Source: Trichosphaerium sp. ATCC 40318
Lineage: Eukaryota; Protista; Tubulinea
Reading direction: 5' to 3'
Length of the DNA stretch: 64,000 bases
Assembly: GCA_038496445.1 (NCBI GenBank)
Contig: JALMLS010000005.1
Location: forward strand, 174,417-238,416
The stretch's first letter is position 1. The number at the start of each line of letters is the position of its first letter. Position numbers and translations under genes: made by a program. Shown in pieces: positions 60,367-64,000 of the stretch. The notes beneath the pieces are model-generated. The model did not search any database. It was not told the DNA's origin and saw only the letters and a list, made by a program, of their open reading frames with translations.

Positions 60367-62308
60367 TTATTTAAGTGAACATCCGCTCAACGAAGTCGCC
60401 TTACAAGCGCCTTTACTAGTCGTCAATGTGATGCCTTTGTAAGTAGCCTCACAGCTATCATTTGTGCGTAGATCCTACAGTAATTAGAGATCAATATTAA
60501 CTTGTTGTCCTTATTTTGCAAACAATGATGATAAGATGTTATTAATTTCGTACGACTTTGACTTTATCCCACACTTTTTTCTTGGGGTTGAGGGCTGCAT
60601 CAGGTTCTCCATCATAACCTTCACAAGTAATTTTTTCTCCTAACGGACAGTCGGTAGGTGGTTTTAATAGCTCTTTCTTTGATCCATCTTCGCTACAAGC
60701 TTGAAACAAAACAATCAGCAAAACCCCAAAAAGAAAGAAAAACTTGTAGTCCATCATTTTTGTTTATAAAATTCTTACCGCAAACTATCATAGCTTCAGA
60801 TGCTACTCCTCTAAGCTTAGATCGCTTAGTATTAGCTAGAACAACGATCATACTACCAATCATTTTATCAATAGGAATGTGCTTAGCTACACCACTAACT
60901 ACGTTAAGTGGTGTTTCGCCACCCTTAATAAAACTTTTAGCTGGTGAAAAGACGTGATAATTCATCGTCTACGTACAATGTCAATTTTCTCAATGTATAA
61001 TGAATCTGCATCTGGGTGTTTTTTACAATCGATAATTTTACCAACACGAAGATTAAGACGTGAAATGTCAACTGGTTTCGCTAAAAATAGTATTTTAAAA
61101 AAACATGAGTTCGACCTTCACGAAAAAAAAGTACTCACGGCCTTTCTGTGTATTTTTTTTCTTTGGTTTCTTTGCCTTTTTAGCACCAGACTTTTTACCA
61201 TTGCCTCCCTTCTTAGGATTAGTATTCGAAGTTTTAGCGTCCTGGATTAATGTCAAAAAAAACCCCTGTAGAAATAATAAAAAACTAACCTGTGCCTTTT
61301 CTACAGCAACATCAAAATATCCTTCTTTTGTAACATTCGCTACCAAAGGTTTGCAAATAGATACCAACTCTTCGACGTCAACACGAAGCTTTAGGTGCTT
61401 TTCACCACCTCCCAGCCAGAAGTATGATGGATTCAGTTTAGTAATCCTATCCGATACCAAAAGAGGCATATCAGTCTTCATACCAAATGGACAAACACCG
61501 TTTTTTTCAAATCCAGTAACGCCCATACAATCCTATAAAAATACCTTAGCAGCTGATTACACCACGTATTAAAGAATGAACCACATGGTTGATCCTCTAT
61601 GCAGCCAAAGAAAGAAAGTACAATTTTCAATATTAATACCAAAAAATGTGAAAGTTGTCTTCCTCACGTACCACACGTGCGTTAAAGCGGAAGTTTTTCT
61701 TTGGGATGTCTGGATTGAGGGAACTGATGTAATTTACAATCTTGATGCTATCCATTCTAACATAGGGTTAATTACTACTCGTTGGACAACTAGCATGGCG
61801 TGTTCTCGAACCGAAAAGTTTTTGGTTGGTACCTTGCTGTGTAAGGGATAAGCAAGCAGTAGTATTTGCTGTTTTTAGGGTCAGTGCAGTCAGTCTGAGT
61901 ACAAGCGGTGTTTTCGAGGATGACACTTTTACACAAATGGTGTTTAGAGTGAGAACGAAGAATCTCCCTTATTTAATTGTTAGATGGTTTCTTGGTAGCT
62001 GTAAACGTACGTGCGTTCCTCGATGGTGCGTTGGTAGTAGTCTGTAGGTGAATGACGTAGTTTAAATCTAAATCGCGTTAAATGAGCGCTGAGTGTAATA
62101 TTGTGTTAATTGATTGAGGAGAGGCGTACTTTTGAAATCCTAAAAGCGCACAAGTCGCCTCTGTTTTCTTTTCAATCTCTGATTGCTTAGGAAGCCTCTT
62201 TGCTATTTTAGCTTTCAAATCAGCAATACGTTTCGCAAGTTGGGCTTGATTGTTTGTAATGGCGTCCAAACGCTCTGATACAGAAGAAGACTCAATGGTA
62301 TGCAACAT
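60367..62308 (-). CDS. YbaK/ProX-like aminoacyl-tRNA editing domain fused to an Arc1p/EMAPII-like tRNA-binding domain
   Basis: [40 protein letters not shown]; Lys-rich linker; [12 protein letters not shown]...[29 protein letters not shown]. Confidence 0.85.
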
Positions 62309-62458
62309 GGTGGTACGTAATCTTTAAATCAAAACCAAAAAAGCGAGTTTTCGCTCGCTTAACATTGTAAAGTGACACATGCCAAATAAAAGGAATAGAA
62401 ATGACACTTGCATTAAAGAGTTGGTTTTTGTTTAGTATTTACAAAGTAGTGTTTTTAA

Positions 62459-63065
62459 TTACATTACAACGCATCCTTTTGATGAATCTAGAGGCTCTAT
62501 TAGTAAGAGTGGTTTGTTAAAACACCTTGTGGTACCATTACCTTCACTACCATAAATCTCAAGTAGTGAGCTGACGTGTTCTTTAGTCAATTTTGACCCT
62601 GCAATATCACAATATGTTGAGAGTAGCCATTTATACAAATCAATACGTCCTGGTTCATTACCACGCGTAGAAATATATGTAGCAATAGTGCCATGTGCTT
62701 TAGCTAATTTGCAAGCCTAGAAAAATCATGATTAGCGCCAAAAATCAAAATAGTTTCAGTACTTGGTGCATGGATGGATTTTCTTTACTACTAGTAGCAT
62801 GATTTAGCACAATAACTTGGTACTCTTACTAGTCAACGTACCTGACATTATTGCTTTTTGGTTTTTCAGTGTACGCAACCAAACATCCAGAACCTAGTAT
62901 CGCTATTTCTGGCGTCTTTGAAAGCGTGTCAGTGTATTGTAAATTACATGAAGTGTACCCAAATTTGAGGGGCAAATCCTGGTGATGGTAGTGGTGTTCC
63001 ACCAGGCAGTGGTACTTCAAATGTCTTTTGTGTATTAGGGTTTCCTTTAACAATGAATCTGACAT
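62459..63065 (-). CDS. Hypothetical protein ending in a CAAX motif (CVVM)
   Basis: Three exons; the last reads ACKLAKAHG...SSKGCVVM*. Confidence 0.6.
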
Positions 63066-63781
63066 TAACTGTTAGGCACGCGTTTTTTTGTTTGGCGTAC
63101 TGTTTTAGTAGTTTCTGTGCGTTTGCGAGACTTTGGTTGCTACCATGTGTATACGTAATAATTGCGATTCTGTACGCTGAAGTTACCGCATTGATGAGGA
63201 AACTTTGTAATATAATCAGTTAATGCCTAAAGTAATAGTTTACGTACGGGTCGCATAAAAACTGCTCCAACGAAGAAAGATTTAAAGACACCCACAACGA
63301 ATCCGTGCAAAATACTTGAGTACGCCTTTTAACGCCCAAGGTTGCTATACCAGGCCTACAAATGTCAATGTTCTTTACATTGTTCAAAAGTAGCTTACGT
63401 ATTAGTTAGAGCAGCTGCTACATTGTCAGCTTCGTCTCCGAGTACTAGCACTTCTATCTGTTTGGTTGTTAGAATAATTACAAAATCATCAATTACTAAC
63501 ATCCTCATGGACTACGCTGTCATCAATGTCGCTCATGAAGCGCGCATATCACATTGATTTTAGTTCCCACAGCCTTAACACCTTAATAAGTTCGGGTACT
63601 TGCAAACAAGGCAATTTACTTCAACTTTAAATGTTCATCACGTGCAATTAAAAAGATAACAACAGCGCCTCGGCGATTGCTTTATTTAGACAGAAAGGGC
63701 GTATTTAGTTTACAATTTGTATTAACAGGTCGCATGGAGTTACATAGAATCGAAATGAAGAGGGATTGTTATTTTATCTCA

Positions 63782-64000
63782 TCAGTTGTTTAAGGCTTTA
63801 TGTTGAATAACTTTTACGCCAACAAATATCACTAGTGTCACGAGACCGAAAAAAATGAAACCGGCTTTGGCAACACCTGCTGACTTGTCTTGAGCAAGCA
63901 TTTGAAAGTCTAGTGCGCGTTCTTCCTCAGGATGATCGCTCAGTAGCTTGGCAATGAGACGACGAGATTCTCGCACATAACCGAGACTAATAAACGTAAA
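63782..64000 (-). CDS. Partial 3' end of a membrane protein (runs off the window)
   Basis: Open frame to the window edge with TM segment GFIFFGLVTLVIFVGV, stop at 63782. Confidence 0.55.
   Translation of the reverse strand, partial: FTFISLGYVRESRRLIAKLLSDHPEEERALDFQMLAQDKSAGVAKAGFIFFGLVTLVIFVGVKVIQHKALNN

Noticed and set aside
1-64000. CRISPR arrays, tRNA/rRNA genes, transposase or viral hallmark genes
   Set aside because: None seen; the tandem repeats present are coding (mucin, LRR, MORN) and lack unique spacers.

Overview
Compact, gene-dense, AT-rich eukaryotic (protist) DNA; the gene content looks amoebozoan-like, but taxonomy cannot be fixed from this window. About 30 protein-coding genes are split by many short (about 40-60 nt) GT-AG introns, so most ORF-track entries are exon fragments or antisense noise. 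I reassembled the gene models by eye, and outer coordinates are approximate where stated. Recognisable genes: RhoGEF (DH-PH), RraA-family protein, gp78/AMFR-like E3, RGP1, PARP-like ART, STE20-like pseudokinase, CbbX/SpoVK-like AAA+ ATPase, thymidine kinase, Mpv17/PMP22, rolling-stone-like protein, two Nudix hydrolases (one NUDT16-like), FKBP, DCAF4-like WD40 and two GPI-type surface proteins. Most interesting: (1) two paralogous, probably mitochondrion-targeted proteins built of ~75-aa Trp-rich repeats plus a C-terminal PD-(D/E)xK nuclease, with every repeat intron in phase 2; (2) intron-poor giant-virus-like F-box/MORN-variant and LRR genes at several stages of decay; (3) a non-coding spliced host transcript with three intronic box C/D snoRNA candidates; (4) an intron-bearing alpha/beta hydrolase resembling the MARTX toxin ABH effector; (5) unusual fusions (NTase + degenerate RNA-ligase-like, BRCT-HMG-WGR, YbaK + EMAPII-like). 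No rRNA, tRNA or CRISPR array was seen.
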